Source: Chrysomallon squamiferum (lineage: Eukaryota > Animalia > Mollusca). Taken from it: a stretch of 64,000 nt of DNA. The stretch's first letter is position 1; each line of letters begins with the position of its first letter. The notes under the pieces are model-generated. The model did no database searches, had not been told where the DNA came from, and saw nothing but the letters and a program-made list of their open reading frames with translations. The DNA lies in the NCBI GenBank assembly GCA_012295275.1, contig CM022672.1, positions 13,454,001-13,518,000 on the forward strand, written 5' to 3'. The position numbers and the translations under genes were made by a program. Below, piece after piece: positions 11,079 through 23,525 of the stretch.

Positions 11079-13654
11079 ATGTCTGGTGTTAGTTACAAGA
11101 TAATGGCTCTACTGATATCGTTTTTATTCACACTGCTGAACTTTGCTAGTGGACAGTTCCCACAGAGTCGTACACGTTCAGCTACTTACGAAAAACGGTC
11201 TATTGGCTTCCTGACAGTAGCGCGTCGAATCAGTGGAATCAGTTTGTCAGAGTGTTGTTTATACTGCCTCAACGACAACTACGACGGTTTCGTGTTCTGT
11301 GAAACAGCGACTTGTTATCACTTCAATTTAACTAACATACCTGATTCAGGAAATCTTCAGAACGTTTCAGAGTGTTCAGTGTTCATACAAAACCAGCAAC
11401 AGGTGAGAATTTTATTTTAATGGAATTGAAATTCTGTCATTAACTGTCTGTCTCTCTACCAACCTGCATTTTTGTCTTCCTTTCTGTCTCAACCTGTTTC
11501 ACAGCTGTCATTTATTTTTATATTATGTATTATAAAATAGTTTTCGTTTGAATAGAAACAGGTTGTCACCTGTAAAAGTCACCAGTGAAAAAGGGCGAGT
11601 GCTTAACAATGGCTTGCTTCGTTTAGGACGTTAATTTCCCATCCTCTCAAAAGTCTTAAAAGTATTTACATTTTCTTGTCATTGTACATTGTTATATTTC
11701 AGTTTTTAGTGAAAATGCATGTTCTTATGGGTTTCATAACACTGAAAATATTGCTTGCTTTCTAATTGCAATGTATTACGTTAATGCAGTAAGTTTTGCA
11801 TATTTATATTTTTTTCGGCGTAACTAGAGAACATGATTAAAAAATGGCGCCTCTTCAACAATTTTTTAAAAGATTTAGTTCACTTGTATTTACTTATTTA
11901 TTATCATTAGGCCGCAACTGTAACAACGTCAAATTCCAGCATAACATCATCGGCACCTATATCAGGTAATACGACTCTTACTACTACATCAACAGTTTCA
12001 GATTCTACAACATCGGCTTCCTGTAGCAATTTGGCCGGAGGGGGATGTACGTGTCTAAATGGGGCAACTGATGCCGAATGTACCCAGTATGTTACAGGTA
12101 ATATATTCAATATGAGACAGGTAAAAATATATTCAGTATGTTGCAGGTAAACATATTCAGTATATGACAGATAATACTTTCAGTGCTACTTTGACGTGTG
12201 ATTTGTGCGTAATGAAACTACTCTGGCGCGTGATCTACTAAATTTCCAATACTCATGCAACTGAAAGAACCTGGTTAGATTTGAAAAATCGTATTTTGAA
12301 AATGATGAGAGGAGTGAACCAAAGAACCTTCCAATCACACCTTGATTATTTCTATTGACTACAGATGAGGAAGAATGCTGAAGATATTTTTCTTGCGTTT
12401 CTAGCAGATGTTCGCTCAGTTCTTCGATAAAATTATTCAAATTTATTAGCCCTTGTTCTTAAAAATTATAAATAAATAATAACGTATATATATTTTTTTT
12501 TTTTTTTCATATGCCGTGAAAAATAATAATAAAAATCCAAGAATAAACAAAATATCAATTAAAATGAGCGCGTAGATCACACACCAAAGAATAATTTGCT
12601 CGGTGTAGATCACACGCCAAACTAGCACCAAAGTTTCAATATGGTACAGGAAATATATTCAGTATATGACAGGCAATAAAGTGAATTTGATGCATGTAAT
12701 ATACTTATTATGTGAATGATAATAAACAGATATACAGAAGTATATAGAAGTAATCGTCGTATTAACTCGCGCGCACATACACACACGCAACAGACCGGTA
12801 GTAGTTCTCAGATAACCGTACTAGTAGTAAGCTTTTGAAACTTTTGGAGTGTAGGCACATTTATATTTATGTGTGTATGGGAAGTGAGGTGAGAGCATAG
12901 CGTTTTATTTTATTGCATTTATTTATTAAAATTAAGTGCTTGCAGTGTTGGAGTACATACATATACACTGATGTGTAGGCGTGTTGTGTATTGCAGAGAA
13001 AATATATGTTTGATAGTCTGTGTACGAGAGAATATAGATGTTCGCCTGTGAATATGGGTATATGTGTGTGTGTGTTTCATTATATTTCTATGGATAATTA
13101 TTTGTACTCAAGTATGATTATGAATTTATAATTTTCGATAGCAATATATAATATAAAATATATTATGCAACATGTAAACAAGCTATTCGGGTAAATATTG
13201 GGGAAAATTCATAAGAACTGTGATTACATCATATATGATAAATGCATGTTATCCACTGTGTTACTGCAGATCGTTTGAAATAATTCTAATTACAGACTGT
13301 ACAGATTACAATTATAAAAGCGGAGTAACGGAGGGCTTGGTCTATATCAAACCACTTACATGGAGTGGAAGCCATTTCCCTGTGCGGTGCTACAAGGGCC
13401 AGACTCTGATTCAAATGCGGGACGAATCTGCGTCGTGTCGAAGTTTGTCGTTCAATGGCTCATGGACCGAGTACAAAGATGGGATCGGAGACCCATTTCT
13501 GAGCTGTTACTGGCTTGGTAATGATAAAATAACAGTGATGACTAAATCGAGATCGTATGCACTGATGTTTGGTACGTTATTAGTCAGTTCGTTGTTGTAT
13601 GGATTAACTTTTTGATTTTAAAATATTACCTAAGTGTTGATGGATTTTAACACT

Positions 13655-13705
<51 letters not shown>

Positions 13706-13897
13706 GTATGAAATATTATTGTGACGGGAACGTACAACGACTATTAATGCTACCAGTATTATTACTACTACTATAATCACCACCACCACCACCACCACCA
13801 CCACCACTACTACTATGACTGCAACTATTAGTATTGTCATATTCTAAATAATAACACTAAAGCAACTAATTCACATCATTTTATTTGAAAACCCACT

Positions 13898-13941
<44 letters not shown>

Positions 13942-14383
13942 CTGTGACCCTTTCCCAACCTCAGCTTCCAAGATCTAAACATATGCCTTATTTTTTATGA
14001 GCCATTTCTATTGCTTGTTATAAATATATCTCTTTTTAGATACCGATATCAGTTTTACAAAGAAATGGATTATAACATACCACGACTTCCAGATGGCTAC
14101 ATCAGATAATTATTATACAATGAGCTATTCATACATAGAGGAGTCCTCCGAGTTTACCGTCTGCAATGGTTTTGAAGGTCCGGTGGACAGGAAAGCACGA
14201 AATCAACGCTTTTACACCTACGATGATGACAACGTGAACAACTGTGCAGCACAGAGAGGAGCAGGATGGTGGTATGATAGCAACTGCGACTACGGCAATC
14301 TCAACAAATTGTCGCCATTGTGGCCGATAAAGGGTTCTGTGACAACACTGAACACTTCATTACTTTATTTGCAGAGATCTTGA
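11079..14383 (+). CDS. Secreted fibrinogen-related domain (FReD) protein with N-terminal PAN/Apple-like domain and Ser/Thr-rich linker, about 376 aa
   Basis: Exons 11079-11402, 11911-12097, 13296-13571 and 14040-14383, all GT-AG and phase-consistent. Hydrophobic signal peptide (MALLISFLFTLLNFASG). PAN-like SLSECCLYC...FVF...TCY. Fibrinogen C-terminal motifs DCTD, FNGSWTEYKDGIGD, YWLGNDKI and NCAAQRGAGWWYDSNCDYGNLN. AATAAA near 14435. Confidence 0.88.
12176..12635. mobile_element. MITE-like element of about 460 bp in FReD intron 2
   Basis: Imperfect TIRs: ACTTTCAGTGCTACTTTGACGTGTGAT on the left versus reverse complement ACTTTGGTGCTAGTTTGGCGTGTGAT on the right. Internal subterminal copies of the CGTGTGATCTAC-like motif near 12223 and 12568. 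It interrupts a tandem repeat that resumes after it. TSD not resolved. Confidence 0.65.
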
Positions 14384-16228
14384 AGTCCTGTAAATCAGAT
14401 TACGAGTTACCACAGCAACGTCTGCACTGTCTGTAATAAAATGCTTTGGATTTATTTATTTTTAATTTTAATTAAAGAGGTCAACAGAAAAAATACGTTT
14501 CTTATTATTTCATCTTGACTATAATCTTGGGTCTGTTTGCTTTGGAGGAGTTTTTGATAGCAGAAAATCATACTCTAGCCCATCCAAGATTCTGAATTTT
14601 ATTGGAGATCATCAGGCCTATGATCTGAGAAATTATCTACTCTGTAGGAAAAAATAAAGTAAATAAAAATTAAAAATTATCTTCATCAAATATAGGGCAT
14701 GGTCATTTTAAAATAAGAAGAATACATTATTTTTATTCAGTGTCACTGATTATTTCTCATTAATGTTTGACTGATATCATTGTTACTATGTAAAAAGTTA
14801 ATTAAGTTGAGTTTTCCTTAATTAGTCTAATTATTAAATTTAATGTATAATGAGAAATAATAATAAAGTGCATTAGTGTAATTATCGAAGCAAAACAAAA
14901 AATTCTAGAATCAAACAACAAATAACACATTAGTTTATTTTTTACAAAAAGGGACACTAAATCGTGAGAATTTATTTTCCAAATTAGTTTGATTTTATAT
15001 TTTATCATTAGATTTAGATATGGTTATCTGTTTAATGACCTGAAATATAGACCCCTACAGTATTTATGACACTAAATAATCTAATTACTAGCATATATTC
15101 TATATTATAATAAAATTTAATTTTCGTTTAGAATTATATTCACTGTTAACTGAAGAAAAAAAAACCCACCTAAAAACCAAACAAACCACAACAACCACTG
15201 AATCAAAAGAATCAACCAAACGATAACTGATAAAAACGAACTCTATTTATTTTATTATTATTTTTATTTTTATTTGACAAGTAATATTCTTTTACAACCC
15301 AGTAACACAGCAATATATAGTAACATAAATATTATCTTGTTATAACCATGATATCAACTCTGCTGTCAATTAAGAACTGATATACCATATTTTTTTTAAA
15401 AGACATATATTAATTGTACAAGAGTTAGGTAATCTCAACATAATGAGAAAAAATAAATAAAAATTCTCGGAACTCTGCAACCAGTGTTAAAATTATTATA
15501 GCCGGTGTTACCTAAAACAAATATTTGTAACTATTGGAAGAAACATAAATTGTCAAACATATCTATTCATAAAATGCCTACACTTGCCTGAAAAATACAA
15601 TCAAGTGTTTGTCTAGCAAGAAGAACATTTTTGTATTGGAACTGCTTGAAAAACTGCTTTTAAAAATATTTTTAAAATATATAAAAATACATTTTTAATT
15701 TCACTTTAAGTGAATAAAATCTCCTTCACATCTATAAATTTTAATAATTAAAAATTTTATTTTTTGATCCAACAATTTATATCAGAATTTTCAGAGAGGT
15801 TAAAATAGTAATAAAATTTAATAATAATAATAACAATAATAAGTAAGATTTTAAGACGAATAATTTAAAATATTATTCCTCAGTCAAGTGAACTGTAAAA
15901 ATCAAAAGAGAAATATGTAATTTTTTGTAATATAACTCCACCAACAAAAATAAAATTAACATTCAAAATATTCACACATAATAAACAAAGTTTCAAGTTT
16001 GCTTTAAAAATCTTAAATTCAAAGAATGGAAGTGACAGAAGTTTGCACTCTCCAAACAATACCAATAATAAACACCTGGAGGTTATTTCAGTAAAAATGA
16101 GGCTGGATAACACTGTGCCAGGCTTTTACATACTTGACAAAATATGTATAAGCAGGCAAATATTACCCTGATAGTTTTATTTAACAAAAAGAAACAAATA
16201 TTTCTAAGCCTTCAAGACAATCCACCGT

Positions 16229-19200
16229 CTAATCCCATAATGCCTCATTTTGTATGACCTCAGTTCCTCTTTTCTGATCATTCAGCTCATCCACTGATTT
16301 GTTCTCCACTACCCAGTCAGAGTCAAGGTCACTTTCAGCATCACTGTCTGCTTCTTCTTCTTCTACAACATATATCACAGATTCTTTGTCGTTTGTTAAG
16401 GTATACCGGCTTGACACAAATTCCCTGTTTAAGAAGAAATATAAAAATGAATATCAAAAATACTGTACAGCAGTTTTACTAAAACAAAATAAGATTTATG
16501 AGAAGGTTCTGAGGTTAACAGTAGAATATTTTTTAGAAGATTTACTTTAAATTATATTATCAATTAGTTTTCTGGCTTGACACAAATTCCCTATTTAAGA
16601 AAAACAAAAAATAATAAATAAATAAACATCCAATATTTTAAAACAATTTGTATAAATCTTCTTCTTTTTTTTTCTTTTTTTTTAAATAATTGTATTTATA
16701 AGAAAATTCTCATACTAACTGCAGAATTTTTATACTACATTTACTTTAATGAATATAAATAATGTTTCACAATTTTTTAAATTATATTATTAGCCTTTTG
16801 GTTTAACACAAATTCCCTATTTAAGAAGGCCATTCAAAAATGAACATCCAATGAAAATAATCATATTTATAAGAAAAATCTGATACTAAAGGAGAAAATG
16901 TATATTGCATTTACTTTATTAATATAATAATTTTTGATTAATGAATTTTTCAGTCATATTTTAATAAACCATATATTTAATGTACATGTTTAATTTTACA
17001 CTTTGAAGTAATCCTATTGTGATACAAACACACCTAAATAAATTTTATATATCAATAAAGGATTTTTAAACTTTTTCATTTCTTATGTCAGCCATTACTA
17101 ACGGTAATATAGGACATCCAAATAAAACATCAAATTTAGGGTATTTAAGGTAATTTATCATGATACAAACCAAGATGCATTTAATCATTTTTCAGTAATC
17201 ATAAAAATCAGATCTACAGAAGCCACACGTTTTTTTTAACAACTAACCGCTCCCAAAACACATAATAATAAAAACACAAAATTACTATTCACACCCAAAA
17301 GACTTTTCTCACAAGCTCTACATAAAACAATATAATGAACAGTGACATATCCAAAAACGTGATAAGTTTAACAAAGCAAATTCATAATGTGATAAATCTT
17401 ACAAAACAAAAGGTTAACCAAATTATTCAGAATAAGAGATTTTCTAAACAATACAACAGCAAATGTTCAACAAAGAATTATAAATATACCACTAAACAAA
17501 TGTGTTAAAGTTCTGGATTTCAGTATCACCTGAGTTTTTCCATATCACAGAGCTCATTAATACGTCTGTTATCCACTAACTTAGTCAGAGGGACATACAC
17601 AGTTCTTGGACTGTCTAAATCAGAATTGGTGTGGCAGGAAATTTCATGCAGACAATAAGCAACTTCTGTCTCAAGACTCTCTTCCAAGGAAGGGTTATCT
17701 CTGTTGAACGGAAATTCTGTTGACTGTATCTGATTGAATTAAAAAATGAATATTATGATACAATTCAAAATAAATGGATTTTATGTATCAGTTGTATGTG
17801 TCTTTTATGCTGGTTGATGATAGAGGAAACTAAGGAGAAGTACAAAATCAAACAGAGATCCACATTAATTGGTCGAACATTGTCAAACATACAAAAAATA
17901 ATAAATATTTGAATTCTTTTATAATACATATGTAAAAAAAAATTTAAACTAATTACTAACATCTTTTAAAGGTGACTCATCTGCTGTTACACTATACATT
18001 TCTTTACTGAATCTGTTGTATAATAAACTGCATTGTAAAACTGTTATGCTGATGGAAAATATATTGCAGGAAACAAAAGTGAATTTAACAGTATACAGAT
18101 TTTTATTACAATATTTTTTTGTGAAAGAATACAACAGTTTATAACATTTACCAATTTATAACATAGACATCCCTTAGGATCAACTGAACTGCTCCAGGAA
18201 TTCTGGGTAAAAATGGCAGCTTGAGAGCAGAAGCCCAGGTTTTCTGTTCCAGGAGGACCTTTGCCAATTCCAGAAATTTCTACATCGTAATCAAACTTCT
18301 TGCACACAGCCTGACACCTGCAAATAATTAAAAAATAAATAATAATTTTTAAAGCTAAAAAATCTAAAACTACTTTAACAAGGAGACCTTTTTTCGTGAA
18401 TAGGTACAATTTGAAAAAGATGTACCTGAATTTAACAAGGAGACCTTTTTTATTCATCTTATCATTATTATTTTAAAAAACGAATAAATAATAAAAATAT
18501 TTTTGAGAGGTAATTGTGCAGCCAAAAAAATGAAAAATAGAAGTAATAATCTGTACTCAAAATTCATCAGAATATCTGAAATCAGTCAAGTGAGGAAAAA
18601 CTTAAAAACTTAAAATTAAAATAGCACAAAGACTTCAGATGGAAAATTCAACTTTACAACCAAACAAAATATTTTCAAAATAACCAAGTATTAAATTGCT
18701 GTCGACTCCACTCAAACTTGTGATCCCAGTGCCTCTTTCCATGAAAATTTGTAAACAGCTCATTAAAATCACTGTTTGGTGTGGTTACTATGACTAAGCG
18801 AGGTTCCAGACAGCCAAACACACACTGAGTGACTTCACTAAGTTCTTCATCATACAGATGTTCTATACTGAAAAAAAAAATAATAATAATAAAATAAAAT
18901 AAAAAATGACAGGTGAGAAAAATAAATAAGTAACCTTTAAAAGAATGTGTCTAAAAATATTTTACTTCAGTTCTCCCATTTCCCATCCCAATCAGTTTAT
19001 CAGTGGTCAAGCCATATGTTTCCCAAAGTAATCTTTAATGATAACAAACAGCAACTGTTTTGGAAACAAATCAGCACATTCAGTGTTCAAAAATAAAAAA
19101 TTAATACATGTATTTTTTTTTATAATTACATAATCATACATTTATTTTTTCACTTCTTAATATTTGATAATTAATGTTGCTTTTCTATCATCATAAGTAA

Positions 19201-20151
19201 TAATTCCTAATATTTTAACTGAATTGACTCACAGTTCTATCATTGTAGCAGCTTCATATCCCACAATTCTTTCATCCAACATGGTGGCAGATCCCTCAAA
19301 AACCTGCACTGTGAGAGGGTTGGTTCGCCGCTGTAAATAATCTCCTAATGAAGGTTTTGTACACCATTTGTTACCATTCAGCAAGACACCATCTTTGTCC
19401 ACCAGAGCTATGTTCTGCAGAGATGGAACAGTTTTCAACAAAGTGATTATTTTGCATTCTGAACTTCCAAAATCAACGACCTGTAACAGAAAAGCCTGGT
19501 AATTTTAATATATATATTTTATTTTGAATTTGTTGACTACTAAAAGATTATTTAAAGAAAAATAATTCCTAATATACAAAATATATAAAAAATAATCATT
19601 TTAAATTTATAAAATAATATCCATTGCAAAGCTGCAGTAGAATTAGTTTCTCTACTGCTAACTATTATTATTTATTAAATAAAGGATTGTTTATTATCTG
19701 ACTAAATTTTAAAATGTTCCAATTGCTAGGAAATAATATCCATTTTGCCGATATTAATTTTTTTCTTTCAGGGAAATAAAAAGTTTCCACCTATCAAATA
19801 GATAATGAATAATTATTTTCAAGTGAAAACAAGGCCTTGTGTAATGTTTCAACTTTACATTTTATAAAACAACATCCAAGATCTTGTAACAACAAGAAAA
19901 TAAATAACACAGACATATATTAAAACTAATAACTAGTCCAATAAATAAAATCTTACACTTTTAACTACATTCTTTTCTAGAACACTTCTTACAAAACTGT
20001 ATCTCTGTACATAAAGAGGTGGAAAAAATGTTGGTCCTCCAAAAGAAATTTCATTTTCACAGATTTCTTTATCAACTTTCCTATTTCCATTTACTTCATC
20101 TGGTTCATCACTGTTGACTTTTATAAAAGATTCACCTATTTCCGAGATCAT
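16229..20151 (-). CDS. HENMT1: Small RNA (piRNA) 2'-O-methyltransferase HEN1, about 395 aa
   Basis: Exons 20151-19957, 19480-19233, 18867-18685, 18317-18152, 17729-17530 and 16424-16229, all GT-AG and phase-consistent. Hallmark motifs FFPPLYVQRY (FxPP), VVDFGSSEC (SAM motif I), ELIEHL, VTTPNSDFN, RHWDHKFEWSRQQF, GIG...GFCSQAAIF. Acidic C-terminal tail. Confidence 0.96.
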
Positions 20152-21599
20152 ATTTCAAGTTGACATGATTTTAACTGTCACTGCATCTAAACAAAAATTG
20201 CAGAAAATAATTAAAACAGTACATACATATAGCAATATAAAAGAAAATTAAAAAAAAAAAAAAAAATCACATTGTATATAAAGAAACAACTAAAAATGGG
20301 CAGTTTCTTGAGTACTAAAAATAGTAATGTTATCCACTGTTCTGTACGGCAGGCCACAGCAGTAGGAAGACAAAAGGATTTCATTGTTTATTAATGTAAA
20401 ATATAAATATCCCTGACATGTTTATTACTGAACATGCATTACTGAATAAATATATATATATATATATACACACAGACAGATGTGTGTGTGTGTGTGAAAT
20501 ACTGTTTTGCTATGATGTGTAACTAAGATAAAAGCTAGATGAGATTACAAAAGAATGAATAGCAAAATATTAGAATAATACCATTCAAAATTATCATGAA
20601 TAGGTTTAACTTAGCTATTTGAACTTTTAATTAAATTCAGTTTATTTAGTAAGTTAAATAAAATCAACAGATCTGGATATATATGGCTGTTTTTTATTTT
20701 ATTTTATTTATTTTTGAATATTTGAATAATGGATATCAATGTTTTCTTTTTGAAACTGTTGTGAAGTAGATCTATGATGCTTGAAAATATCTCCAAAACA
20801 CATAATTTTTGTTTTAGCAATACATATCTTCTGGATAATTGTAAAACCTGAAAATACTTGCTTACAAAGTCTTGTTTGCTGGATATTTTGTTTACTTATT
20901 AATCCTACCTGGAGATGCAAACACTTTTGTCTATATAGCTTGATAATGAAGGTATGTGATTAGCAAATGATGTAATATTACAGCATAATGTCTACAATTT
21001 TCAATTATTGGTATGTGATAACAAATGATATAATATTACAGCATTAATCAATAACTAGAGAACTCGCTGTTTGACACTAATTAGATATAGCTGAAATGTA
21101 AAATAATAATTAATAATACATCGAGACTAATTAACTTATTATTATTATTATTAAATGTCATAAATAATACCGATTACTGACTTCAAAGACAGGATGATAA
21201 TGATTACCATCTTGCAAGTAATAATTTTATTTTTCTAATTATGCAGCTTGAAAGGTATCTAAAATAGTGTAAAATGGAAGACATCGAAATTACTCTGGAC
21301 TATTTATTTGTCTCATGCATATATGTAACATAAATTTATTCTGAGCTGTCATAATGATAATGTATTACTACTATTAGAAGGCAGAACAACAAAAAAAACA
21401 ACGATTTAATTTATAAATTGTAATCTTGCTGTAAAATATTTGCAAATATTTATATATGCAGTAGGCTTTATCTACAAGTTATTTACATTCACAAAACATT
21501 TCAATAACCTGGCTGATATGAAATGTAAAGATGCATATATTATTTGTAAATACAAAATAAACATGTTAAAAGTAACGCGCATTTTCTACTTTCAGTTTA

Positions 21600-22030
21600 T
21601 CCGAGATGTGTCGCTTGAAACGTAAATAAAAATTAAAATAAGCTTCGTGTTTAGCAGTTTCTAATACCAATTATTAGCAAATAATATTTTTATCAGCACT
21701 ACAACAGACGCAAATAATTACATTATCGTTCTGTGATTTAGCAATCGTTCCATCCACTGTCTTAAATAATGAATTCCAAAACATAAATGCGAATCTTTTG
21801 ACTAACTGATTACCGATGTTTTGTTCCGCTTTTTAATATGCGAATAGCAGATGAGCAAAGCCAGTTACAGTTGTATTAATTTGGAGATTTTGAGATAGAG
21901 AATGCAGACGTGATTGATCAGTATGTGACATTTGACACGTTGCAATGAATTTATAAGAAGTCACAGAACCGAAACTAATTTCTAATCAATCTCGTACATT
22001 TCTTGAACAGTAACTATTGTTTGTTTGTTT
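21600..22030. promoter_or_regulatory. Probable bidirectional promoter region shared by HENMT1 (-) and PIP5KL1 (+)
   Basis: Head-to-head genes. Both coding starts lie in exons preceded by 3' splice sites (about 20186 and 22657), implying upstream non-coding exons. Local CpG enrichment and candidate donors near 21812 (-) and 22010 (+). Confidence 0.4.
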
Positions 22031-22730
22031 GTTGTTTTTTTCGTATGTGTTTGCATAAATTATTTGCAGTCAAAAATCTGTTCACAATTTCTTCTAAACG
22101 ACGGTAAATTGAATGACACTGACACAGTTAATAGTTACCGAGTTTTTCGTAAAGACAGATGGTTGAAATGGTCTCAGTGGATACATGCAAATAACTGGTA
22201 TTGCTAAAAAACGTTAAATTCATAAGCTGTAATTTTTAATATAACATTTTGTGTTGTGTAACGTTTATTATATTTATATATAATTTTATTAAATTTATCG
22301 AGTGATGGTTATATAAAACAGTCAATTAAAAATATTATAATTCAATATTACAGGCTATCATAATGTTTATAAATAAAATATACAAGAAACAACTTTTTCT
22401 TTTTGTGTGTCATATTGAGATAAATTAATGACTGATGAATGCTTATAATTTGCAGATTATTTATTTATTAACTTATTAATGATTTTTTAGGGGTGCTAGT
22501 TGCATTTGTTTTGTTTTGATTTTTCAAATTTTACTTATCGTTTTCTTATTTTTTATAGAAATTTTGATTAATATACACATTTACTTTACACTTCAGATTT
22601 AGACTTTTAATAGGTATATATATTTATTTCAATTTTTATTTATTTTTATTTTTTCAGTGAGTATGATTATGGAAGGTTTCAAGAGTCTTTAATACAAAAG
22701 GTTTACATTTTTGATACTACTGGATTTCTG

Positions 22731-23473
22731 ATGGCAGCCATGGAGATGCAAAATATAGGGAACCTGCAGGCACACACTGAACCCCAAGACCAACAGCAGA
22801 GGAGTAGTGCCTGGCAGCGGCTTCAGAAAAGACTTAAACGAAAGGGTGTTGTTGAAGTTGATATTGACCATCATCGATATCAGATGTTGCAGTGTATGAG
22901 GCAGGGAATTCAGGCGGTGCTTCTTAAACATCCAGAGCTGCAACCAAAAGTATGTGTCAAAATGGTTGTAGGAAAAAATGGCACTGGAAAAAATGGATTT
23001 GTGCAGATTTGGAAAAAATGCCACCTTATTTCTTTTTTCTTTTTGTTGCTTCAAAAAACCCCTTAAAAGTACTTTTGAAAATACAGTTTATTCATGCAAT
23101 ACTGTTACTTACATGTATATTAATATATAGCATCACTCAGCCACTTGGTTTTGTTTAACAAAGGACAGTATTTTATCAGAGTTTAATATACACAAACATA
23201 CAAATATATATATTATCAGAAAATGTTGTCATACGGTATTTTTTTGTATTCATAAATATATAATTATCATTTTGTGCAGTTACAAGATATAATTTTTATA
23301 TTTTCCAAGTAGGTATTAAAACATCAGTTAGTAATGTCATTTTAGAATTAACTAAAGATATATTTTATTACCCACATACCAAGATGCTCTTTTCTGAAAA
23401 CCTATAAAATGAAGCCTAACTGTATTGTTTAGCTTGTAACGAAACCCCCTCAAAAATACAACACAAATATGCA

Positions 23474-23525
<52 letters not shown>

